Source of the DNA: Candidatus Latescibacterota bacterium
GTDB taxonomy: Bacteria; Latescibacterota; UBA2968
Assembly (NCBI GenBank): GCA_965198115.1
Contig: OZ240241.1
Coordinates: 1,376,001-1,440,000, forward strand
DNA length: 64,000 nucleotides
Direction of reading: 5' to 3'
The notes beneath the pieces are model-generated. The model saw only the letters and a program-made list of their open reading frames with translations. It did no database searches and had not been told where the DNA came from. How positions within the stretch are numbered: position 1 is the first letter of the stretch; each line of letters starts with the position of its first letter. Below are positions 42,179 through 51,404 of this stretch, in pieces. Both the position numbers and the translations under genes were made by a program.

Positions 42179-43690
42179 TCATGGACTCAGCGCACCTGCG
42201 TCAGCTTCGTTGTCCAGGTAGTACGAGTCGAGCGGCCTGGGGGGAATGCCCAGGGTTTTGAACCTGTGAAAATCGTATGGTCCCACCGGTGCAAAATCTC
42301 CGCGCAGCGCATAGATGGAACCATTAGTCAGTCGGATTGAAAACCGCACCACCTGTCCCTCGAGTGCGGAGATGGATTTCCCGTCGTTCCATGTTGGCGT
42401 CCAGAACAACTCATCTCCGGCAAAGGGAACGCAGTCTTCGAACCCGTAACCCGTCAGTGGCTCTCCCCTGCCATCTTCCACCTGGACGCGGACCTCGCCA
42501 TAGGGTGCCTGCACGTTGATCCGCAGATCGCCACCCTGCCAGAGAATGAAGCGCGTCGTGAGCGCTCCGGGTCCTCCCGCAGATTGGAAATAGCAAAAAC
42601 CATCGAGTCTGAGTTCGTGCAGGAGAATGGCGCTTTGCCTCGACACCGCAGGATCCAAGAAAACCTGGCCGTGCTCTCCCTTGAATGAGCTCGAGTAGAC
42701 TCTGATTCTATCATCATCGGTCACGACCATGCTCGATGAATGAATCGAGCCCGAACCGTACTCGCCCGGCTCGCTGTTGGCGATGAAGGGATCCCGCAGA
42801 CCCCGCTGGAAGTGCCATCCATTGTAGCTGTAGATCAGCTGAGAGTCGATTTTTCCGTGCAGGAACTTGATGGGACCGTCGATGTCGGCAGCCGCGTGGT
42901 AGGCGGCTGATACCTCTGGCGGCGTGTGGTAGATCCACACGAATCCGACGAACATGCCCTCGTAGGGAAAAACCGGCATGCCGTAGATCTCGGCCGACGG
43001 TGTATCGAGGGCGTCAGCCTGGAGCAAGAGCTCGGGCTTGGAAAAAGAGCGCCAGTCCCTGGTTTCGTAGATGGCGACTCTGCGGTCGCCGACGCTTGGC
43101 CGGGCGGTGATGCAGTAGCTGTTGCGGTATCGGTTCCAGAACGCCGTCGCAGCCGGGTCGATCCCCCACGGATGCCACCTGGCGTCCGGGGCTCGCCGCC
43201 ACGCCCTGCCGTCCGGCGAAACGTACAGAAGGCAGTCATGGCCGACCCCATCTTCAGCCCAGCAACAGACGAGTCCTTTGACTCGCTCGCGGGGATCCTC
43301 CGCCCTCACATCGAAGTAAGCGGGTGCCCACTCGAAGAACTCGCCCGAGGGGATCACCTGATGGGGAACCTGCCGCGGGAATTCGCCTCCCTCGGATGAG
43401 AGGTCGGGGACCTCCCATCGAATCCCGTCGTCACTTTCCGCCACCACGGCGACATAACCGCCCACCTCCGCCTTCTCCCGGTGCGGCCCACCCTGATACA
43501 GACAGCGCCATGTGCCGCTGTCGGGATCCCGGAATACCGATGGATATCCGGAGTGCACGTCCAGATAAGGGTCTTGAAACAGCCCGTCACGGACCAGACT
43601 CGGCTGGCCGATGCGACGGTCGAGATTCTCGCGCCTGTACAGATGCCAGTCATCGAAAAAAAGCATGACTCTGTGATCGTCCCTACGCAT
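42179..43690 (-). CDS. Glycoside-hydrolase-like beta-propeller protein
   Basis: LFFDDW, ESDDGIRWE, EIYGMPVFPYEG, LRLDGF and LTT. Probable ATG at 43690. Confidence 0.72.
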   Translation of the reverse strand: MRRDDHRVMLFFDDWHLYRRENLDRRIGQPSLVRDGLFQDPYLDVHSGYPSVFRDPDSGTWRCLYQGGPHREKAEVGGYVAVVAESDDGIRWEVPDLSSEGGEFPRQVPHQVIPSGEFFEWAPAYFDVRAEDPRERVKGLVCCWAEDGVGHDCLLYVSPDGRAWRRAPDARWHPWGIDPAATAFWNRYRNSYCITARPSVGDRRVAIYETRDWRSFSKPELLLQADALDTPSAEIYGMPVFPYEGMFVGFVWIYHTPPEVSAAYHAAADIDGPIKFLHGKIDSQLIYSYNGWHFQRGLRDPFIANSEPGEYGSGSIHSSSMVVTDDDRIRVYSSSFKGEHGQVFLDPAVSRQSAILLHELRLDGFCYFQSAGGPGALTTRFILWQGGDLRINVQAPYGEVRVQVEDGRGEPLTGYGFEDCVPFAGDELFWTPTWNDGKSISALEGQVVRFSIRLTNGSIYALRGDFAPVGPYDFHRFKTLGIPPRPLDSYYLDNEADAGALSP

Positions 43691-43729
43691 TGAACCTGCC
43701 CTCCTCAGCCGATCGATCATCCGGTTAGT

Positions 43730-44296
43730 GGGTTCTCCCTTCACGCCGCAACCCGCATCGTGGCCGACGACCGATCCCGCCTCGAGCGCTTGCGCCGTTA
43801 CGTCATACGACCACCACTGGCCGCAGGCAAGCTCTGTGTTCTTGATAAAGAAACGTTGAGTTTCAGCCTCAAGACGCCTTGGTCCGATGGGACCACGCAC
43901 CTCGTGCTCTCACCGTTGGAACTGATCGAGAAGCTCGCCGCTCTTATTCCTCCGCCTCGTCTAAACCTTGTTCGTTATCTGGCGCCAAATGCCGCAAGTC
44001 GAGATCGCATCGTTCCAGGGCCACAGGAAGTGGTCGCCGAAGGCTGCGATCAGACCGAGCAACCCTCGTCACCCCAACCGGTCTATCGCCTCTCCTGGGC
44101 CCGCCTGCTTGCACGGGTTTTCCGCGTCGATGTGACGGAATGCCCTGCGTGTGGCGGGAAGATGAAAATCATCGCCGCATTGACCGAGCCCGTTGCCATT
44201 CGCACCTACCTCGACGGAGTCGGTCTGGCCTCGCGCCCGCCACCCATCGCCCCCGCACGTCTCCTCCCTCAAACTGAATTCGAATACGCGGATTAA
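43730..44296 (+). pseudogene. IS91/ISCR rolling-circle (Y2) transposase, C-terminal remnant
   Basis: LERLRRYVIRPP, LSPLELIEKLAALIPPPR..LVRY and WARLLARVF..D...CP.CGG. HGV is deleted. Confidence 0.85.
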
Positions 44297-44499
44297 CGCC
44301 ACCTTCCACTTGCGTGCGACCGCGGAGAAGTATGTCCTCGCAAGATGCACAGCGCACTTTCGACTCCGGCTAGCGGCACGTGGCCGCAACTCAACGAATT
44401 CCACGTCCAGCATACTGCAACCAGGCTTGCCGCAACCTTCGCCACGCCCGAACCTGTGCCATTACCCGAGCCAGGGAGTGAGAGAACACCCTTTATTCT

Positions 44500-45919
44500 G
44501 GCTATATCCGGATCTCTCAACGAGCTGAAGTGGGTGAAGGTGCCGTGGTTCCTGGCATGGGGGCGCGGTTAGCGTGTGCGGAACCTCTTCGGAATCTGCT
44601 CAGGGATGTTTATGTCTCCGACGGTAAGGAAGATCATATCGTTGAATGCGTCGAGTGTGCGGAATCCGCTGGCTCGGTTCTTGACGATTTGGACGATTCG
44701 GTTGAGGCCTTCGGCGATGGCGTTGGTAAGACGCGTGTTCACGAATGCGAGGACGCCGAAGAAGTGCTGTCGCAGGGTCCTGACGAACTTTCGCAGGGGT
44801 TCAAGTCGACTTCTGAGTGCGGACGTCGTCCAGCATTTCAGGAAGCGTTCGGCAGCCCAGGGCGCTTTGTATTCCCAGAACTGCTCGAACTCGTCCTTGA
44901 GTCTCCAGGCTCTATAGATTCGGTAGTTCGCCTTCTCCAGTGCTTTGAGTGTCCGAGTATCCCCTCTGGAGCGTGTCGCTGAGTGCCGGTAGAGGAGCCA
45001 TCGGAGGCCCTTCATGGCTTTGCGCTCATCCGGGGCAGCTTTACGCCACTGGTCCTTACGGACCTCGTCAACGGCGGCATTGAGAGCCTTGACGATGTGA
45101 AAGCGATCGAGGACCAGCTTGGCATTCGGACAGTGTTCCTGGATGGCTCCGATGTAAGCTTCGCTCATGTCGCAGCAGGCCCACTCGATCTTGGATCTCC
45201 GGTAGGGACTGAGAGCCTCTGTGAAGAACCGATCGATCGTTTTACGCGCCCTGCCGCGGCCAACCCACACCACGCAGGAGCGGTCCAGATCGTAAACGAG
45301 CGTGGCGTACCTGTGACGCTTGGCGTAGGAGATCTCGTCGATCCCGATGGTTTTGAGCCCTCGGATACGATGACCTTCACGAAGCCGCGTGATGGATCGG
45401 TGAAGGAGATCCGACAGCGTCGAGGCAGAGATGCGCAGTAACTCGGACGCCGCCTTCTGCGTCATGGTCTGGCAGTAGCGCAGCATGGCATACTCGAAGC
45501 GATACGTCACCCGAGAGAACCGCTCCGCCCACGGAATCTCCTCGACCACACGACCGTGGGTAGGACACCGAATCTCCCGAGGATGGTAGAGAAGCCAGAC
45601 CCTCCACCCGCACACCGGAATGTCACGCCACCGACGCGGATGGGGCATTGTGCGGACGATTTTACCTCGACGGCCGCACTCCGGACAACAACAACCATTC
45701 TTATGGGGCTTTACGGCGATGACGAAGCAGCTTCTCCCCTCAAACCACCAGCTGACAACACGGAACCCCTTGAATCTCAGCAGTTTCGATAGTAATCTGC
45801 TCCCGGTCATAGGTCGCACCCCCTTCGCTTTGATTGTCCTACACACACAACCAAGCGTAGGGAACGATCTATGACCTTGTCATTCTATAGTTTCACCGTT
45901 GAGAAACCCGGATAGAGCC
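44500..45919 (-). mobile_element. ISL3 copy 4, inserted in the oriIS-like end of the IS91/ISCR remnant
   Basis: IRs present, with 8-bp TSD tttattct. Confidence 0.95.
44569..45846 (-). CDS. ISL3 transposase
   Basis: Near-identical to the other copies. Confidence 0.93.
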   Translation of the reverse strand: MCRTIKAKGVRPMTGSRLLSKLLRFKGFRVVSWWFEGRSCFVIAVKPHKNGCCCPECGRRGKIVRTMPHPRRWRDIPVCGWRVWLLYHPREIRCPTHGRVVEEIPWAERFSRVTYRFEYAMLRYCQTMTQKAASELLRISASTLSDLLHRSITRLREGHRIRGLKTIGIDEISYAKRHRYATLVYDLDRSCVVWVGRGRARKTIDRFFTEALSPYRRSKIEWACCDMSEAYIGAIQEHCPNAKLVLDRFHIVKALNAAVDEVRKDQWRKAAPDERKAMKGLRWLLYRHSATRSRGDTRTLKALEKANYRIYRAWRLKDEFEQFWEYKAPWAAERFLKCWTTSALRSRLEPLRKFVRTLRQHFFGVLAFVNTRLTNAIAEGLNRIVQIVKNRASGFRTLDAFNDMIFLTVGDINIPEQIPKRFRTR

Positions 45920-45929
45920 TTTATTCTTC

Positions 45930-47580
45930 CTATCCGCTGCCCAACACCATCACCTCGCACTGGTGCACCGCTGGCCAGGGATCCGGTGTCTGCAGCCCAT
46001 CCAGCCCGAGTAACACCCGGTTCTCGCCGCGCTGGACAGGTGGATTCTCGGCGATGAGCCACGACTGGCCCCACTGGTTCTCGACGCTGGCCGCGCCGGA
46101 GAGTGAGACGTCCCGGCCGTTGACCTTGCACACGATGCGATCCATGTGCGATTCGCAATCGGTGAGACGCAGGCGCAGCTGCGTCCCCGCGATGCGACCA
46201 TCTGCCAGACCCGCTTCGATGTCGTCCTCGATGATGAGGCTCATCTCGTAGCCGGCGCCTCCAGTGCTGCGGGCAAACATGCTGAGCTCGCGCGGCACCT
46301 GCGGTCGGTGATCCTCCGGACGAGTGCGCCGGGTTGCCGAACAGGTGCGAATCCGAGACGCAGTAGCAGCGGTCCCGTTGTGCCAGCCTCTTCGGGTCGG
46401 TCAGATCGGTCAGGAGCTGCAGGTGGTCCTCGTTGTAGGTCTCCTCGTCTCTCGGTCCGGCGCGGTGGTGTTTGTAGTCGTAGTTGAACAGGTACACGCC
46501 GGCGGCGCCCTGCTCGTATCCGTTGAGGGCCACCGCCCGCAGCACCGCCGGCACAGCACTATCGTACCCCTCGTGAGGTGATGTCAGGTGCGTCGCGCCT
46601 TCGAAGCCCACGTAGATTAGCACGCCGGTGTCGCGAGCGCATTCTACGGCGTCGCCGATGTCGATGCGGGACGGGCAGTACGAAGCCGATGACAGCACGA
46701 ACAGATCGGCCACGGGCTCGCTGATCCACGTGCGCGCATCGATGCCGATTTCACGACCCTCGTCTAGGCAGGGTGGCACGCGGGTGATCAGCGCAATCTC
46801 CTTGCCCTTGTTATCGGATTGCTGGCGAACCGTTGCATGGGCTGCTCGCATGAAGTCGGTCAGCGTGTCGAGATTGTCGAGCAGGCGGCCAGGCTTGAAA
46901 TAGGGCGGGCCGCGCATCCAGTCGAGCTCCACGGCGTCGAAGTCGTAGCGCTCGAGGGTCTCATCGATCAAACCGAGAAAACGGTTGCGCACGTCTTCTT
47001 CTTCGTAGTTCCACTGCCAGCTGAAGTTCCAGCGATCGGCTCCGGGAGCAGGCGTCGGCAAGGGCGATCCGATCAGCAGATCGGGGCGGGTCTTCTTGAT
47101 GCGACTGCGCACCTGCCATTCTCGGGCCTCGTCGCACGTGTGGGCGTCGTTCATGCGGATCGATGCGATGGCGGTGATGCCGTGCTTGCGACACCCATCG
47201 ATGTAGATCTGCATGAGCTCGCGGCCGTCTTCTATCACCGCGTCCATGCAGTTGTAGAGTTGCTCGAGACGGCTCAACTCGAAACCACCAACAGTCATTT
47301 TGCGAATCGGGTTGCCGTCGGCGTCGAAATCCGGGTCGGGGTCCCAGATCTCGGTGTCGTCCCCCCACATGGCCGAGTGTGGGCTGCCGCGCCAGACCAC
47401 ATCGTCGTCGATGCCGATGAGACCGGCGAGCGCCTCCACCCCCGAGGGCACGAGCTGGTCCAGCTGATGCGTGACGTCGTCTGGATTGCGGTCCGGCAGA
47501 TAGAATAGCATCCAGTTGCCGTCGGTATTGAAAATCAGGCGCGACCACCGCTTGTTCCCCATCGACTTCTCCGTCATCAT
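45930..47580 (-). pseudogene. GHL10-like TIM-barrel putative glycoside hydrolase, frameshift near 46310
   Basis: LIFNTDG, ASIRMNDAH, YDFDAVELDWMR and GAAGVYLFNY. The C-terminus is in ORF 45930-46298. Confidence 0.72.
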
Positions 47581-47659
47581 GGCGCGGGTCATAGCCGCGC
47601 TAGCACTTTGCCTTTGGACATGGTTCGAGCCGACTACCTCCGGCACCGCAGAAATATGC

Positions 47660-47710
47660 GCCATTACCCGAGCCAGTGAGTGAGAGAACACCCTTATTCT
47701 TCCTATCCGC
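47660..47710 (+). repeat. Second copy of the oriIS-like end
   Basis: gccattacccgagccag.gagtgagagaacaccct.attcttcctatccgc matches 44458-44499 plus 45928-45937. Confidence 0.7.
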
Positions 47711-48277
47711 GCTGGCGAGCGCTCGAACTCGTGCAGGCCGACACCTATCCACAGCAATCCGATGCCGTTGTACAGCAGCCCATTCCCCCGCGCCCCTTCG
47801 ACCGCCTCCATGCATTCGGCGCAGAAGGTACCCAGCCAGTGCGTGAGGGCCGAAACTTGCCTGAGTAGCGGAAGATGTTTGTATCCGCTCACGCGTCGCA
47901 GGCGAGGTTCGATGTCGAGGAGTGCGGCAGCCACCCATCTGTGTCTCTGGGGAGAGTTGTTCCAGCGTCTGACCTTCCGAGTGAGGTCGCCGGTCATGCT
48001 GTTGAGGGTTCGATGCAGTTGGTGGTTCGGAAGCTTCGTTTCAGGAATGGGAGCATACCCAGCCGGTGGAGGGTCAGGGTTTCCTCCAGGCCTTCCTCGA
48101 GGCTCGTTACGGCAGACTGATTCATCAGCTTCAGTTCGGGTTTAAGTGATTCGAGTGCGGCCTTTGCCTCCTCGTAGGTGTCGCAGTCATAGGCTTTCTG
48201 AAGCTTCCGTCGAACTCTTGGACGTTCCCTCTCCGGGAGATAGCTGACGACATTCTCGCGCTTGTGCCACTGACAGC

Positions 48278-49651
48278 GAGCTATAATCAAAAGGTGTGGA
48301 AAAAGAGAAAGGGCGACCCTACCCTTCCCGTGAGATAGTTGATTCACACAAAACCGGGTGAGAGGCCCGGTTGGGAAGGAGGATCGCCGTGAAGGAACAT
48401 ACGCATAGAGCCCCATTGAAGTCCATGCCGACGTGGGAGACGGTTGACGATTGGATCCGTGAAGAGATCCAGGGCCGGTTCCAGTCCATTCTGGAGGAGG
48501 AGGCGACCGCGTTCTTGGGCCGGTCGTGGTATGAGCGCCGAGCCGAGGTCGATAGCTCCACGGGCTACAGGAACGGCTACGGCAAGCCCCGGCGTCTCTC
48601 GACGAGCTGCGGAACGATCAAGGTCCGGCGTCCCCGGGTTCGTGGTCTGGAAGAGCGGTTTGAAAGCCGCATCCTCCCCCTGTTCGCCCGGAGAACCAGG
48701 GCCATTGGAGATCTGCTTCCCGACCTTTATCTCCACGGTCTCTCCCAGGGCGACTTCGAGTTGTCTTTGCGTGCGCTGCTCGGTGATGGCGCGCCGCTTT
48801 CGCCGACCTCGATCGCTCGTCTTCGAGGGAAGTGGGAGGTCGACTTCCAGGACTGGAAAGAAAGGCGTCTGGATAATCGCGAACTGGTCTACGCCTGGGC
48901 TGATGGCATCTACGTCAAAGCCGGGCTCGAGCGCGAGAAGGCGTGTCTGCTGGTCGTGATCGGCGCGATGAGCGACGGCAGCAAGGAGATCCTGGCGATA
49001 GAACCCGGTTATCGAGAGTCTACAGAATCCTGGCTCACGGTGCTCCGGGATCTCCGGGATCGCGGGCTCGAACATCCTGTCCTGATCGCCGCGGACGGGA
49101 ATATGGGCATCTGGGCGGCCGTTGATCAGGTCTGGCCAGAGAGCCGGCAACAACGGTGCTGGAACCACAAGATCCTCAACGTGCTCGACAAGGTCGCCAA
49201 GCGTGCACAGGCTGAAGCCCGCGCACTGCTCGTCCAGATCCCCTATGCCGGCACGAAAAAGGAGGCCGAGAAGCTCCGGAAACGCTTTGCCGCACGGTAT
49301 CGCTCACAGTTCCCTGCCGCCGTGGAGACGCTCGAAAGAGACTGGGATCGGATGGTCACGTTCTACGACTTCCCGAAGGAACACTGGAAACACCTGAGAA
49401 CCACGAACGTCGTCGAGAGCCCCTTTGCTTCCGTTCGGCTTCGCACAAACGCCGCCAGGCGATTCAAGAAAGTCAGGAACGCCACGACTCTCATCTGGCG
49501 TACGCTCAAGGTCGCAGAGAGCCGATTCAGGAAACTCACCGCGCCACACTTGCTACAACAAGTCTACGATCAGAAACACTCAACCGGACCGCAGGTCGAA
49601 GCCGGGAAGATGGCCGCCTGATTTCTTTTACACACCTATCGACCTGAACTC
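48278..49651 (+). mobile_element. IS256-A copy 5
   Basis: IRs present, with 8-bp TSD ctgacagc inside IS256-C. Confidence 0.95.
48371..49621 (+). CDS. IS256 transposase
   Basis: Near-identical to the other copies. Confidence 0.95.
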   Translation: MGRRIAVKEHTHRAPLKSMPTWETVDDWIREEIQGRFQSILEEEATAFLGRSWYERRAEVDSSTGYRNGYGKPRRLSTSCGTIKVRRPRVRGLEERFESRILPLFARRTRAIGDLLPDLYLHGLSQGDFELSLRALLGDGAPLSPTSIARLRGKWEVDFQDWKERRLDNRELVYAWADGIYVKAGLEREKACLLVVIGAMSDGSKEILAIEPGYRESTESWLTVLRDLRDRGLEHPVLIAADGNMGIWAAVDQVWPESRQQRCWNHKILNVLDKVAKRAQAEARALLVQIPYAGTKKEAEKLRKRFAARYRSQFPAAVETLERDWDRMVTFYDFPKEHWKHLRTTNVVESPFASVRLRTNAARRFKKVRNATTLIWRTLKVAESRFRKLTAPHLLQQVYDQKHSTGPQVEAGKMAA

Positions 49652-50119
49652 CTGACAGCGATGCACGCGCACATACCCTTTGAGGGCTTTGGTGACAGCA
49701 CTGCGGAGCCCCTTTGAGCCGTCAAGCACAACGAGGAGGCCTTGATCGTAGCACAGGCCTCTCCGGATGAGGTCCTGGATCAGCTGGCGGCAGATCCGTT
49801 CGTTCTCCGTCGCCGATTCGACGAAGCCCAGGGGGATCTTCTGGCCGTCCATCGTGACCCCCAGAGCGATCACGATCTCTTCGTCGGCAAAGCTCTTTCC
49901 GTCAATGAACAGGGTCACGAAGCCGTAGTCGTCGAGGGGACGCTCCTGGAACTGCTTCAGCTTCTTCGCGGTGGCTTTGATGAACCGCCGCGAGACGGAG
50001 GACGCTGAGATACCAAACGCTTCTGGAACCGATTCGGCACAGGCCTTGTAGTTGCGGCACGAGATCCCCTTGAGAACACGAAGCAACAGCCCCTCGTCCG
50101 TCTTCTTGGGCGTCTGTAG

Positions 50120-50913
50120 TGTGACGCCTTGCGATAATTCTCCGCCCGGCTTAAGCTATTCGCAGAATAGGCAGAATCGTTTCAATACGGTTAACAGTGG
50201 AGACCGTTCCCTAATGAGTTGAGGGTCACCTAAGATCTGGCGGCCATGCGACATAGTGCCATAGGAGTACTTACAAGGCGCAACGGCCAAAAGCGGTTGT
50301 CGGACCTACGCCTGATGTCCCTTTCTTTACGCGAACGCGTTTGGCACATTCCGGGGGATCGGGACGCGAAACGCTCTCGACCTCCGACGGAGTCCACGAC
50401 CGGCAGCACCGCCAGGGAGACGGCCGATTTTCTACCCCGCTTCGCCATTTTCGGGAAGCACCTTCAAAGCCGCCTTGTCGACAGACGCAAGCTCTTGTTT
50501 TTGCACTGGTTTAAGTGTTTCCGACACCTGAAAAAACCCCCTTTCGTCGACAACGGCCGCGATGCGCCCTCCGGAACGAAAATTAGGACGGATTAGTAAA
50601 AGAAACGGTCTCAACCGGTGTCCAAAAGAGAGCTGACCGTTTCCACCCCCCCTACCCCCCCGGTGCGGGCCTCGGGCCAGCGACGCGCCCAGGGCCAACA
50701 CCGCGCACCCCCCTATGCCCGCTGGGACCTGGCCTGACCACGTCTTGAGCCTAATCGGTCCTATTTCTCGCGGCGTGTGGGAAAATGAAAAAGGGCGCGG
50801 TCTACATCGGAACGCCCAGAGAGTTCATCCCCCTTAGCCCCGGGTCGTCAGTTCTTGGTGCGTGAGAATGCGAATAGCGTAACTTGGGAGGGAACCTATC
50901 GTAAGCCGTAACA
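50120..50913 (+). repeat. 794-bp MITE-like unit, copy 1
   Basis: About 45-bp imperfect terminal IRs. Apparently identical to 60674-61467. Confidence 0.9.
50230..50448 (-). pseudogene. Short ORF with terminase-small-subunit-like N-terminus
   Basis: MAKRGRKSAVSLAVLP, downstream of a G-rich cos-like motif. Confidence 0.35.
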
Positions 50914-51051
50914 ACTATGTCGCATGGCCGCCAGATCTTAGGTGACCCTCAACTCATTAGGGAACGGTCTCCACTGTTAACCGTATTGAAACGATTCTGC
51001 CTATTCTGCGAATAGCTTAAGCCGGGCGGAGAATTATCGCAAGGCGTCACA
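50914..51051 (-). repeat. Inverted copy of the first 138 bp of the 794-bp unit
   Basis: Exact reverse complement of 50120-50257. Confidence 0.92.
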
Positions 51052-51404
51052 GCACTCCTACCCTTACGGGTGGAGGATTCCAGCCGATCAATCTCGGTGA
51101 ATAGGAATGCACACTAGGAAGATACGGTTTCCGCCGGGATGGCGGCAAGGTGGAATGGGGAAATCTGGTTGTTGTATTGAAGGTTGGTTGGCAGAACCGC
51201 TCAGAGACCAGATGGGGAGAATTCCTAACTGTTCGTCGTCACCCGCCTATCAGATGGTTGTGCGAACGATTCGGGCGAGAGAACCGTGGGAAATGCCCGA
51301 ATAAGCGTGCAGAGGTAGAACGGATTCTGGAATGAGGTCCCTTCCAGATCGCTCCCCGGTTTTTATACCGTGTGTTTCTGTGACTGTCTCCCGAAAGCGC
51401 AGAC

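Noticed and set aside
45880-47997. 705-aa ORF as one protein
   Set aside because: It is a chance read-through of an IS256-C remnant, intergenic DNA, a frameshifted hydrolase gene and the ISL3 end.
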